Shown here: positions 26,871 through 40,207 of the stretch, piece after piece
Layout: every line of letters begins with the position of its first letter
Numbering within the stretch: position 1 is the stretch's first letter
Assembly (NCBI GenBank): GCA_000165425.1
Contig: CT868096.1
Location: 826,601 to 890,600 of the forward strand
Source of the DNA: Paramecium tetraurelia
Lineage: Eukaryota
DNA length: 64,000 bases
Reading direction: 5' to 3'
Program-made: the position numbers and the translations under genes
Notes under the pieces: model-generated
The model's database searches: none
What the model was told of the DNA's origin: nothing
The model's input: only the letters and a program-made list of their open reading frames with translations

Positions 26871-29800
26871 TCATAATGTTTTAGATTGATCATATTTTAA
26901 TTTCTCTTATTCAAATATTTCGTAGTTTTGCAATTAGATCAAATTATATTTGTCCAAAGTCTTGGTTACATCTTTCATCAGAATTTGACTCTGTCTCGAA
27001 TATTATTCCTAATACAGTAAGATCTACTCATGTTCCTATTGTTGTATTAAGAGATTAGCCCATCTAATCAATTCATTCAATTTCAATTGTGATTTCTGTT
27101 TCATATTCACCATGTTTGGACAATCATAGTAATACACAATCATTTCATCACTGACTACAATGTCGTGGATAATGTCAGGCTGATTGATCAATGTCTGCAA
27201 ATAGGACTCTAGAACATCACCTTCATATTTCTTCATTCTGATGAGTTCATAGCAAAAGTTCCAAATGAAAATTTAAGATCTCTTCCCATATATTTGACAT
27301 AATTTAATCAAACTAAGGTAATACTCCTGCAATTATTATTGAATATAAGCAATCAACTCTTACAATGCATACAAATTGAAGAAGGAATCATGAGATCCAT
27401 GATGATCTTTCTAACACTTTTATTTGATCTGATTTATTAGTTTCATCTAAGATTCAATATAAAAGTAATGACTCAATGTAATCTAATATTCAATATCTAC
27501 AGGAATATGTTTTAAATTCTTGAACTATTGACTTCCACAAATGAGACTCTACATCAAATGTCTATAGGCTTTCAATAATTATTAAATCTCTTCCAATTAT
27601 TATTATCCAAAGTTTTATGCCACAATATAATGCTAATAGTAACATATCAATGTCTAAATGATTCTCAATAGAAATATGTTATCCTTCTCATTACTTAGTA
27701 TCTTTTTGAATAGCTGATTCAGCCATATTGCAAATTCACCTGTCTTAAAATTAATACTTGGTTTTATAATGTCCAAATTCATAGATATAGTTTAACTGTA
27801 CAAAAAGTTAACAATCTAAATGATCCGAATACAAAATTAATGATCATTCCATTATTAGTTTTCAAATAATTCTAAATTCTTATTAAATATATTTACAAGT
27901 GATCATTAACAATTGAGGACTGTATGTTACCTTTTTCCCTATTAATTTAGATATATTCTCATCTTATTGAATTAAATCTTTTGTGATGATAGCCAAGAAA
28001 GATGCAATAAATAAATGAAATCCTCTCCACAATAATTCATTTGATAATTCAGATGTGTTCAATATTGAGCTTTTAAGTATATTATTAAAAACGTATGTAA
28101 TCAATTACCTAATAAAATAGTTAGGAGTTCTGGGATCTTTGAATCCATCAATATCTTCATTCTTCTATTTGAGATGTTCTAACTCAGCTAATTTAAGCCA
28201 TTAAAATAGCATATCAATTTTGCCATTTTGGAATTAGTTCATAAACACTGTTGATATTAGTTTTAAACTTGTATCGTAAATCTTTAATTAAAGAAAATAA
28301 GTACTGATTTTTGTAATGAATTTTGACTCTCATCAGTTTCTAGTAAATCCTCATCTTAAAGACCCATTAAGAATTTTGGAAATGTACTTAAGAAGTGTTT
28401 ATTGGATAACAAAAATAATTAATTTTCTTTGTTATTTCTCATTAATGTGTACAAGGTAGTTATCAATTATTGTTTCATCATGACAGGACAGAGGTACAAA
28501 TAGTTTAGAGTTAATTCCATAACATCATGATTCTTGAATGTTAGTTTTTCATCAAACATTTGATATTCAGTTATTTTGATTGTAATAGGAATGTTCAAAA
28601 GCCATTCCAATATTGCACAAATGAGTGGTTCAGAATGTAAATTCTCAATAAACTTCGTATTTTTAGAGGATGGTATCATACTCAAAATAAGTTTTTATAT
28701 AATCTATTTAACATATTGATGATACCGAAGGGTTCTTGTTCGTGATCACTTGAAATAATTTAATGCAGTAGACTTGAAGTACTTAAGATGTTGTCGAATT
28801 ATATAATAGGACGATAAAACTGATGGCCTCAAAGTTTTAGAATACTTTCTGAATTACGTCTGCATTAACTAAGGGTAATTGATTCTAAGTATAAGTATAC
28901 TAGTTTTACTAGGAGAATGATTAACAAGGTTTGAACTTAACAGTAATTGTGATCCTTGGTACAATAGGAGAGTAATTGATGAACTGAGATTCCAAATAGT
29001 TATTCTAGATCGGTGAGGTTGTTTCCTGTGGATTATTTTAAATCATTAATCATTTGATTGAAGATGTCGTTGATGAACAATCCAAATTGATCTATTTTAG
29101 TTTGAGTTTCTTGAGTTATGGTTTATTATGGGTTTTCTTTATTATTGTGTTATTCACAACAAATCATATCATCAATTTCGGTTGTTTTAAGCTGTGATTA
29201 TTGTCGACAATATTACCATGTATTTGACTATCTCCAATATTCCAAAACTCTTAAGTAATTCCCTGTACTTTCTATCGTAAATGGTTTTCAAAATGGTGAA
29301 ATATTCAACTACCACTTTTTTATCTTCGAATTCATAGACAATCAGTGGCCATATAAAATCTAATAAAATCTATGCTCAATACATTAATAATTACATCTTC
29401 TTTCAAGGTTTCGTTAACTTTGGTGTAGATTACGAATAGTTAAGAGATGAAATCAAATGTTATCAAACTTATAGGCATTTTGATTTCACTCCATCTCTTA
29501 AAAAAACAATCATTCTTAGCTTCAGTCTATATTTATTTTTCGCTTAGAATTTGCGCCAAATGTTACAACTAAATCAACATTTCAGATGTCGTGAATGTCG
29601 ACACTATATTTCTATAACATCTTACCCTTTTTGTGAAAGAGTCTAATGAATTCATCCAGTGTTTTGAATTCAATTTGATCCATAAAATAATTAATATATA
29701 TAACCATAAAGACATACCAAAACTTTGTATAAGAAATATAATAAACTCATAATATGATCCAAAAGAGCACCGAATTCTTATCTCTAACATTCTAAGTAAA

Positions 29801-29893
29801 TACTAAAAGTTAGATTAATTTAACTAAAATTTATAATAGGTTATTTAATTGTAACTGTTCTAGATGATAGTCAGAAGAGATCGCATTCATCAT
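26871..29893 (-). CDS. Large helical-repeat-like hypothetical protein (weak SAPS/PP6-regulator-like resemblance)
   Basis: Long Leu/Ile-rich table 6 ORF with multiple tiny introns that joins the supplied ORF fragments (28467-28685, 27036-27236); family call weak. Confidence 0.5.
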
Positions 29894-29944
29894 CAAGGTA
29901 AAACCAATCGAGATTTCAAGTAATCTGTATCATTTCATTCAAGG

Positions 29945-32463
29945 ATGTTAGATTCATTCAAAAATACTTCAATTAATCAAATTAATTCTTAAGATGGAGA
30001 TAGAATTGCTTCATTATCTGTTCCCAAAAATAAGAAGTTTTCAGAAATCTTAGACCAGAAGTCTAAAAGAATTGTACAATGCAAAGATCCTGTTGAGGAA
30101 ACAAAAAATTCAGCTAAAAAATTTAACCAACATCATTTAATTGGCTATCCGAGGTATTCAGACCTTGTAAAATTAGATCCTCCAATTTGGAAGAGAAGGA
30201 ATTGATGAAAAGAGTGTTTTGTGGTGATTCTAATACACTTTTCTTTGATGAGGAACACAGGTAAAGTTAAGAAAGTCCGGTTCATACAAAATGTATTATT
30301 CTGTACTTATCAATTAGATGAGTAGAAGGAGAAATTAGCATAGTAGAAGAGAGAGGAGAACACTACAGGAATTCAGGAAACATAGTTAGTCGGTTTAGAA
30401 AATAAGAATACACTCGAAGGCAAGGTAGACCTAGAAAAAGTCAGAGATATCAGAAGAGCCATTAGAAGAAGATATGCAAATAGAAAAAACTTTTAAAAGA
30501 TCTTCAATTTGTGGGATGAAGATTCCAATGGTGCTGTTAGCGTTAAAAATCTATACAACATGATCTAAAGATTAGGAATCAACATAAATATTGATGAGGC
30601 AAGAGTCTTATTAGCAAGTGCAGACATGGATGGGTCAAGTGATTTAGGATTAGATGAATTTCTAGATCTCATTTTCAATGATAAGGATGCTCTTAATGTA
30701 AATTTAAAGGCATTGCCAGCATTAACTGAAGATGAAAAGGATTCTTTGGTAAAAAATCAGGAAACCATAGATTTCCTAAGAAAAGATGCTTTATAAGCTA
30801 GAGATAGAAGACACCAGAATCAAGTCAATCTCATTCTAAAAAACAGAGTATTTATACCCTCTATAATTTAAGTTATAATAATTGGGACAACAACTCACCA
30901 TGTAAGATGAATTACAAAAGGGATACATAAGTTTTGGCAGATTTGAAAGAGTAATTAAGAAATTAGAGATAGATCCCAGTGTACTATCTGATCAAGATCT
31001 CAAAATCTTATATGACAATTTCAAAAATCAAGATGACACATTTGATTATAAAAAGTTCTTGAATCATCTTAAATCATTCTAATTGTAAGAGGAAGTTTAC
31101 AACGACCCATATTCAAACAAGAATCAGGAACCAGTTGATAAGAAATAGTTATTATTAAAAAGCATGAAATATTAAGAGGATCAACTTATTACTTTATTCG
31201 ACATAACAAGAGTAGATGCTCATTCCTTGGAGAAGATGAAAACAAAGACAAAGAATCTTATGAATAAGATTTAAAGATATTTACCTTCACATACAAAATT
31301 TGAGGAATTTCTTAAAAGTAAAATCTAAGGAAATAATGTAAATGTAAAAGAATTTTCTCATGCGATCATACAATTTTTGGAAAGTGTGAATGAAAAATAC
31401 TAAAAATTCGATCTTGAAAGCATGCTCAGCGTCTTGTAATTTAGCTAATATGAAACTTAAAGATCTGATGAAATTGTTAGGATATTGTTTAAGTAAATGC
31501 TAGATCCATTTAATTTAGTGAAACTGACTAGGAATTTTATGACAGAGCTCAATTGAGATAAAAAGGACCAGCACCTCCTGAGAAAGTATCCAAGGTAGAT
31601 TAACTATTATAGGCAATAGAAAATAAACAATAAGATATTGAAAAATAAATCTGTATGAATTAATAAATATGTCTATAGAATTTTACAATTAGGATGCTGG
31701 AATGACTTGGTACTTACCGAACTAATCAAAGGAATTGTCAGATGTGTTGATGAAGGTTGAAAACTCACTTTTCAACAGAAGTGAAAGAGCGTATAAGTTA
31801 TTTAAAGATTTCGATAAAGATAAAGATGGTTATATTTCTTAGTAGGATATGAAATAGAAATTAGAAGAAATGAATATACTTAATGGATAGGAAATTGGAA
31901 TATTGATTAATTATGTTGATCCATCTAATAAAGGATATGCTACTTTTACTGAATTTCATGATAGACTTAGGGCAGGAATGACGATAGTTGATAATGCTGG
32001 AAATCAGTTAATTTAAATTAATAGTTAACCTGGTAAGACTTTTCAAAATGCAGCCAAAACTTTCTTACCTGAATTGTCAAGATTGACTGAAGAATTCAAA
32101 AAACCTTTCAGGCCTCAGACCAATCATACAGATATACGACCTTCGACAAGATTCGGAGCAACTCCTGTTTACAAAAACACATTCGTAAATTTTGTTCCTC
32201 CGAAGACATCTCCTATGTTCATGACCTAAGGGGAACGATTTTCGAAAAACAGGGAATAATTTATATAAGATGAGAGAATTCACAATAACCAAAAATATGA
32301 AAATAAACTGAATAGAATACGATAATACCATCAATCTTTGGATCAAAGAATTCAATCTGCTCTGGAGTAAAGGGATTAGAAGGATGCAAACAATTTAAAA
32401 TCGAAATAAATGGCTTAATGGACTTATGAACATAAAGCGCATCTTAAAAATGATTATTTATGA
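29945..32463 (+). CDS. Multi-EF-hand calcium-binding protein
   Basis: EF loops WDEDSNGAVSVKNL, ADMDGSSDLGLDEF, FDKDKDGYISQQDM, VDPSNKGYATFTEF. Confidence 0.85.
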
Positions 32464-32481
32464 TTAAAAATATAATTATAA

Positions 32482-33078
32482 ATGGGATCAGCTTGTGCTA
32501 AATTTGTATGTTAGGATACTATAGATTCTGAACTTATGTCTTTAGAATCCAAAATGAGAACATTAAATGAAATGAGTAAAAGTACCAAATTATCATCCCT
32601 TAAGTTGAGTATAACATACACTCATCTCACAAATTAAAGAAATTCTGAATCAGAAATAAGAGATCTGGATCACCCTATTAACAAAATCAACAAAAGTAAA
32701 GGAAGAATGAAAAGTTTTAATTTTCAAGAAGATCATCAACGATAATTTTGTCTATCCAAAGTTTCTCGTGTCAATGACAGTCCAGTGACTGTGAAAAGTG
32801 AGACCCGAAGAATCAAAAAGAAACATAATCCTTAGAGAGAACTTATTTAGATTTAAAATCTAGATTTATCATTTTATATTCAGAGAATAAGTTACTAATT
32901 AGAGAATAATGAAGAGCAATCTTAAAGAAGCATACTCAAATCTCCATTAAATAAAAGCTTTAATTCTCTCTCTGAATAGAAAAAAGTACATTTCGCTTAA
33001 GGCACAAATTTTAGATCCAATAAGTCATCCCCTTCCAAAAGAACAAAACTCAATCACTTGAGGAGAAGTTTAATTTGA
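32482..33078 (+). CDS. Predicted N-myristoylated/palmitoylated protein with SILK and RVxF PP1-docking motifs (paralog A)
   Basis: Intronless: MGSACAKFVC...FNFQED...RSILKS...KKVHFAQGTNFRS...LRRSLI*. Confidence 0.7.
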
Positions 33079-33136
33079 ATGCATTCTAAGTTTGTATTAG
33101 CATTATTTATATTATATTTTACTAAAAATTCTTAAA

Positions 33137-33853
33137 ATGGGATCATGTTAGATCTAAAGCTTAGAAACAGATACTATTTCCTTGAAAGCCTCTTCTTCAA
33201 ATCGCATTTATACCAAATTAACCAATAATGGTAATCAAATTGTGTAATCTCAAAATGTGGACAACAAACTTGAATTAGATCAAAAAGTTGAAGATGAAGA
33301 AATCTTGTTAACTGTACAAACTAGAATCATTAAAGACAAGAGATTCTATAATTTTCAAGAAGAAGAGTCTCTAAGAAAAATATCCAATAAAGATGATATT
33401 GAATCTCTCAAAAGAGGCTCAAAACAAAAACGAAGATTATTTAGGACTAGTATTACACATAGTCATTTTGATGAAATTAAACAAAACTCCCCAGGCCTCA
33501 ATTAATCTTTATAAGTAGAAAGAGATGATGATGCCAAATCAGTGAAAAGCATATTAAAAAAAAATAGCAAAATAAAAGATAGTGTAAGTGGTTCCCCTGA
33601 AACAAGATCTGTTCGTTTTGCAAGAGGCACTATCTTTAGAACCAAAAGTCAACGTTCGCTTTGTCATTCGAAAAATAAAAAACATACTCGACCTGATCGA
33701 AAACTGAATGAATCAATATACTCGTAAGAGCATAGAAGTCCTAACTGGAAAAGACATAGAGAATAAGAAACAGTGTAAATTATTAAAATTCCAGGTCTGT
33801 TTTAGATGAATCAAAATATAGGAGTTAATACTAAACTATTCCCTTATTATTGA
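33137..33853 (+). CDS. Predicted N-myristoylated/palmitoylated protein with SILK and RVxF PP1-docking motifs (paralog B)
   Basis: Intronless: MGSCQIQS...YNFQEE...KSILKK...RSVRFARGTIFRT...KLFPYY*. Confidence 0.7.
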
Positions 33854-35129
33854 GAAATCTTAATCTTATCTCAATATTAACAACTATTAATGAGTGTCAA
33901 TTTTAATATTTTTCAAAATACATTGATTCATTTTTTTTTAGACTATTTCAAAAGAAGGTGAAATTTCTTCAAATAAAATATCTATTCTAATTCATAGTTA
34001 TTAAAAATTTTAAATAATTCTGTTGTAAGCTAGGTAATTCTAGTTAATTCTCTTTTACTAAGTTATATATATGAATAAATTTTATAGAACAAATTATATG
34101 AAATCTACATTTTTTTTTATAATCTGGAATATTGGATTTTTGATTTGTGTTTAATTTCATATTTTTTATAAGTGATTTTGAGTTTTAATTTTTCCTTAAA
34201 TTTATGGAATTGATCAAAGTTAATCAAAATTTAAGGCTAAACTCCACAATATGAAGTAGAAAATGGTAAAATTACCATAGAAAACTAAATAAATCAATTT
34301 ATATCTAAAAGTCTGAAGAAATTTCCTTTATTATAAGTTTATAGAATAAATTTTGAAATCAGATTTTATAAAATGATAGTGTGATCTATTCCTATTTTAC
34401 TAACGATTTCTAATTTAAATTCCGAAAGCCGATTATCTTTAAATATTAAAATAAAATATATTTTTTTATTCATTTTAATTATATATTTTATTTAATTAGC
34501 TTTAATTAAAGTGAGTATTTAAATATATTATGAAAAATTCTAATAAATAAGTAACTATTTACTTAAGGAAATATAATGCTAATTTATATATGAAGAAGAA
34601 AACCTCATCAAAACTCTATTCTATATTATATTGATATTATGCTTACTAAAAATTCAATCGGATTTGAATAATTATTTAAAACTTACATATTATAAGTAAG
34701 ATAACTTAAAATAAGAACAAAATTATTTCCATAGACAATCTATATTAAAGATAAAACCTATTATTTTATAAAATTTATTAATCAGATAGTTTGAATATCA
34801 TGACTTTAAGATTAAAAATATTTATCAAAAATACATTTTATTTCAACACCAAATATAAGGTTTTATATTTATTTCTAATTAATGTTGTTATCTTATACCT
34901 ATTCTTCATTCTATTTTTATGATATTTAATTCTTTACAAACTAAATCATGTTATTAAAGATTCAGTGAAATGAAAAAACCAAAATGACATATTAAATAAG
35001 TTCTAAATAGGGAGTTTAAAAGATTCATTTAATAGATAAATTGAAAAATGATTTAACATGGACAATAAAAAAACAAAAAAATTAAAAACAACTCATTAAG
35101 TTTGTTTCTTTAAGCTTAATAATAAATAA

Positions 35130-35544
35130 ATGAGAAATAATTAAATGAGAATTGAGATTTCATTGCCAAAATAAGATATCTTTAGCTTACCATAAAGTCG
35201 GAAACAGGAATAGAAAACTCTACAAAGAAGGTTTTATAGGCCTTACAGAAATAAAAGTGTATTTCCAGAATTGAATAGCACGAATGCATTGTATTTGAGC
35301 AAAACTAGTCAGAAATTTAAATTATCACGCAAAGAATGGTAAGACGAGTTACAAACATGTCTCTAGAGTTAATCAGTAAAATGAGTCAAAAATATACTAG
35401 ATTCGTGGGGTTCCTAATAGAAGCAAGGTTTCTTTGTATAGCAGTAAATCGGCACAGAATTTTTGTTTATCGAGCTAATTGTTTAGAAGACCTTTGCCAG
35501 ATTTAAAACCTTTATTGGAAATATCAGCTTAAAAATTATTATGA
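35130..35544 (+). CDS. Small basic hypothetical protein
   Basis: MRNNQMRIEISLPK...; a 25-nt intron (gtaaaatgagtcaaaaatatactag) removes an in-frame TGA and gives ...RRPLPDLKPLLEISAQKLL*; an upstream in-frame ATG exists at 35058. Confidence 0.5.
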
Positions 35545-35589
35545 TAAAATATATTTATACTGATAAAGATTATTTGATAAATAAGATGA

Positions 35590-36843
35590 TCTTATATATA
35601 TATATTGACTATCTCTGAATAATATAATATGAACTAAAGAATAAGTTATGCAACTTACCGATTACAATTGAAGAAATGAATAGATTTAGATGTCAAATAA
35701 TGAAGAAAATTCTCTTCCAAATACATCATATTCATTTGATATCCTTTGATATTGATTTATTATGATGATTATTTGAAGTAGATTAACAATTTTGTTAATA
35801 TAGCAATTGATAAATGCATTAGGTTTTCAAAATATGTAATATCATTTAGGATCTGATAAATCTTGAATGTTGTCTTTTAAAATTGATTTGGCCTATTAAA
35901 TTTAAAGCAAAGCAAAGTTTCTATTCGATTTAACTATACTAATACCTATCTGAAGTGACTTCATCCATATCAGACTTAAGCTTTTCTAAAGCCATTTTTG
36001 TAATTGATAAAGTATTTTATTGTTCTTTTATAGAATTTAGGATTTCTTCTTGTTAAATGAGTGTTTCAGGTATCATACTAAAATAATTGATTCTTAAATC
36101 ATACCTGCCTATGGATTGTCTAATTTCTGTGTGCAATTTAACATTTAATTCATTATTTTATTCATCTACTTCTAATCCTTCCTTTAGAGTGTCTTTCAAA
36201 TCCTAGAATAGAACTAAGATTTTATCTGCTTATTCCATATCTAAATGAGCAGTCACTTAAGCCAAAATGCTTATATGTTGATCTTCACTAATCTATTTTA
36301 ACTTCTCCATAATATCACTGTCATCTTTAATGGTCTGTTTCTCCTAAACTTATGATATTAACTCATCAATGGCTTCGATTAAAGTGTATTGCTCTCCGAT
36401 TTTTTAAATGTATGCTTCGTGATTGGCACTAAATAAAACATCAATTTATTGGGCTTCTTCATTCAAAGTCTCCTATTTTTAAATTAAATATGCATTTTAT
36501 TCCTCCAATTATTTTAATTCATCTTCTAATTATAAGATTGTTCCTTCTAATCTAGCTTACTCAACTTAATATAATTATTGTTGTGAGAACTCATCTTTTT
36601 CCAAATGTCCAACCAATTCTGCAAAATGGTCATCCAGATCTTGAATAGTTGCTCCATTTAAAACTTTGGACTTTAATTAAGTAAATAATGATTTGCTGAA
36701 TTGATTCGATTGATTCTCAATATATTATTTTATCATACATAATGTTCAAACACTTTCGCAAATTTACTCAAATTAACTGGTTTTTAATTGTTTTCTGATG
36801 ATGCTTAAATCAATTAAATTACACCCAAGAGTATTAGAATCAT
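35590..36843 (-). CDS. Secreted coiled-coil protein, trichocyst matrix protein-like
   Basis: Signal peptide MILILLGVIQLIQA; after a 23-nt intron NQFSKSLFTQLKSKVLNGATIQDLDDHFAELVGHL, then acidic heptads as in TMP precursors; 3' end uncertain. Confidence 0.55.
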
Positions 36844-37000
36844 TAGAAAATTCGTTTTATAATAATAAAATAATACATTTAATTATTTGATGTTTACCTC
36901 AATAAACAGAATTATTTATTTGAACTACTCCACAAAGACTCAAACACTAGATCAAATATATATTTAGATAATTATTTAACTGATTCTCTCTTATTATAAA

Positions 37001-37828
37001 TCATTACACCTTGTAAGACACTCTTAAAAACTTTCCTTTCTTCTATATCTTCACAATATTCACTTTAATCAACTCCTTAACATGATTCACATGAGTACCT
37101 CCACATGGACATCCATCATCGTATTTACACAACTTAATATATCTTACATTCTAAGCCCCCTTGAAATAATGTGGTACTTCTCCCCCCAACCTCTGACTCA
37201 ATTGTTCTTCATTCAAGAATTCCACTTGTTTACTATCGTTCTCTTCAGTCTCATTCAATAATTAGTCGCAAGTTTATTATATGGATACTTATATATCTTC
37301 AGGTTTTCCTTCTAATGTTCCTGTGTATTCAACATATGCTCCATCAGGAAAATGATAACCCTTGGCTCCAGTCCACTTTAAGCCAAGTTTCTTTACTACC
37401 ATATCTATGAAGTGACCAGCTGAATGAAGTCTTGCATAGTTTCTTCTTTGCTATTCATTCACAATCTAAATGACAGCTTGATTTTATTATTTTGCTTCAA
37501 TAAGAAGATCAAATAGTTATTGTTAATGTTGTAAATTCAATAGGACTTGCTATTTTGCCTTGTCATTTTAGAGAGACATTACATTGATTAAACTTAATAT
37601 ATAACATATTCTATACTTATCATTTATCTTAATCTAACCTTCATCGTCTGGTTAACCACCTCCTTGAGGATGGAAAATATTCTCCTTCAGAAGTAATTGT
37701 ATGACATTAACATTTTATTTTTTGGCATCGTTGATGAGTACATTCTGAACATCAAGGATAGCGCTTGGATATTAAGTTAAGTATGAATCTTCTAAATATT
37801 TCTATATCTGAATTTAAGCCTATTCCAT
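37001..37828 (-). CDS. Free-standing alanyl-tRNA editing protein (AlaX/AlaXp)
   Basis: YLEDSY, IFHPQGGGQPDDEG, RLHSAGHFID (HxxxH), KGYHFPDGAYVEY, CPCGGTHV (CxxxH). Confidence 0.9.
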
Positions 37829-38396
37829 TTTCCTAGAAAAATTTCTAATAATTCTTTAATAAATTTACATGAGATAAAAACTCAAAATCTAATATTAATT
37901 TTCCTTACTTGCATTAGGGTTTACAAGTGTATATTCAAATCATTTACTTCTTACAATTTAAACAATAATTGTCATTCTTGCGTATCAAAAGTATCTTAAG
38001 AACTCATAAAATTTCTACATAATCTTTTTAGGTTAAATTACATTACTCCTTTAATCAACTATCAATAATTGATATCTTAGGAAAGAATTAAAGGAGTGAT
38101 TAAATATATCAGAAAGATAGAAAATGAATTAAAAGAATTAAAAAAGGAGCATATAGTTATGAAAAGATTCTATGATTTAATATATAGATGTTTTCTCTTC
38201 TCCTGACAGGGTAGAATAATAAGAATAATTATTATATATATATCTATATATTTTCAAATAATTAGGGAGCTTTTTATTATTCAATAAATTTATGAATATT
38301 AGGTTTCTGAGTTTATCTATTTTAATTTTTCTATTTTTTCTGTATTTATATTAAATTTTTTATTTTATTAGAATAAGATTTTAAAATATTATTACC

Positions 38397-39265
38397 ATGT
38401 TTTATACGGTTCCAGAATTTCTTGAATGGGAGGAAACAAAAGTATTAAATTGTTTCATATATAGTTAGCCATGAATGCATAAAATAAAATGGAATAAGTA
38501 AATAAAGTATCGAAAGTTAAACAAATAGGGGTTAAAGTGGTGTAAGTTGAGGGGAATTATGGGGAACTAGTCATCAACAATAAAAAAGACCAAGATTTCA
38601 ATGATGAATTAAAAAAGATGATAAATTAGAATACTTAATTATAAAATAATCATCAAAATTAGCGACAAGATATCCAAAAAGACAGGGGGGATTGTGCTAG
38701 CCTACAAGTTATGGACAGAAGCAATTAGTCAGATATATTGCCTATACAGATTAAACAGAATAAAGAAGAAATTTATAGCCAAGGAGATTAAAGAATATAG
38801 TTGTCCATCAAAGGAGAAGGCTTTTCAGAATTTAGAATACGTTCAATATGCTTTAAATTGAAATGCCCCTCCTGCCTAGAATATTTTTCAAGTTCCCCTC
38901 CTAAAAAATAATAATAAAATATCTATTAATTTCAATCAGAATGTAAAAAATGCTCAAAACAAATGAGCATAATCTATCATAACTATATCTAATAACTGCC
39001 AGAAAAAACTTAATGGCTCATCGGATCTATAAAAAGTTGTGAAAAAGTTGAATGGCAATTGCTCGCTATATAAGCCTAAGCCACTTGTAAATGTATGTCA
39101 CTTAAGTCTTAATTGCCTTCTATAGAATATACTTTGGAGAAAAACAAATAAGTTGCTCCATAACCTAAACGCTAGAAATTTTAAATTACAGATTAAAATA
39201 GATACCTTTGTCATGGATGCGCTCAAGAACTCAAATTCCAACCTGAGTTCTTAATAATTAAATGA
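38397..39265 (+). CDS. Hypothetical protein with multiple CxxC (zinc-ribbon-like) pairs
   Basis: MFYTVPEFLEWEETK...LKCPSC...ECKKC...TCKC...LCHGCAQELKFQPEFLIIK*. Confidence 0.6.
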
Positions 39266-39299
39266 TGAATAATATTTGGCTAAATACAAAATTTTAATA

Positions 39300-40169
39300 T
39301 CATTTTTCAGATTGGAGATATTCCTTCAAGTTTTACATATTTTTAGAACAATGTCACTATTATAAAATCTTAGAATTACTTTTTTAATTGTTAATTTTTT
39401 AAATAGCCTTGATCGTTTTGCTAAATCTATCTGTGTATTATTTTTCAAGTAACTTTTCTAATAAATATCATACTTTATCAGTATAGATTGTCTACATTGG
39501 ATTTAAGGATTAGTCATCAGTTAGAGAATCTAAGGAAGCATTTAAATCTTAGTTTTGTTGTTTATATTATTTAAAAGACTAAGATGGTTTCCTTAAAGGA
39601 ATTTTAATTTTTTTATTTGAGGATAATACAGCAGCGTCAAGAATATCTTATTCAATTTTTTTGTTGAAAATCTTTATCTTTATATGGATCATATTTTGGA
39701 TAATTTGTAATATACTAAATTAATTCTAGATCATTATTTATCAGCTAGTTCTTGACAATTTAATTGAGTTTAAAGCCCTTTTATAAGAATGAATGCATAT
39801 GTTTAATGTTATGTAACTCACTATTTTCAAAAGTTTATGGAGTATGAATTTATAATCGAACTTCATGTATATAAGCTCGATTGATTGCGGTTTCTGTATT
39901 TCTATTTTATTGGGTCTGTTTTCTCCTCAAAAACTCTTCAGATAAAAATCACAAAACACATTCCAAATTTTAATCTAGTATCCTTAGAAATCGAAACTCC
40001 TTCACTCTCCTCTGTTTTAATGATAATTTTAGGCACCTCATAATTGGTCGACTGAGCATTAAAAGATATTTCTTACAGCCATTGATTGAGTTGTTTATAA
40101 TTATAATTCAGTGATAGTTTCAGAACATTAAAGAACCCTCCTTCTTTTTGGGAAATATATTTTATTCAT
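39300..40169 (-). CDS. Hypothetical protein
   Basis: MNKIYFPKRRRVLQ..., several putative tiny introns; exon structure not fully resolved. Confidence 0.45.
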
Positions 40170-40207
40170 TAATATATGATATTCAAATATTTACTGGTAA
40201 AATTGGA

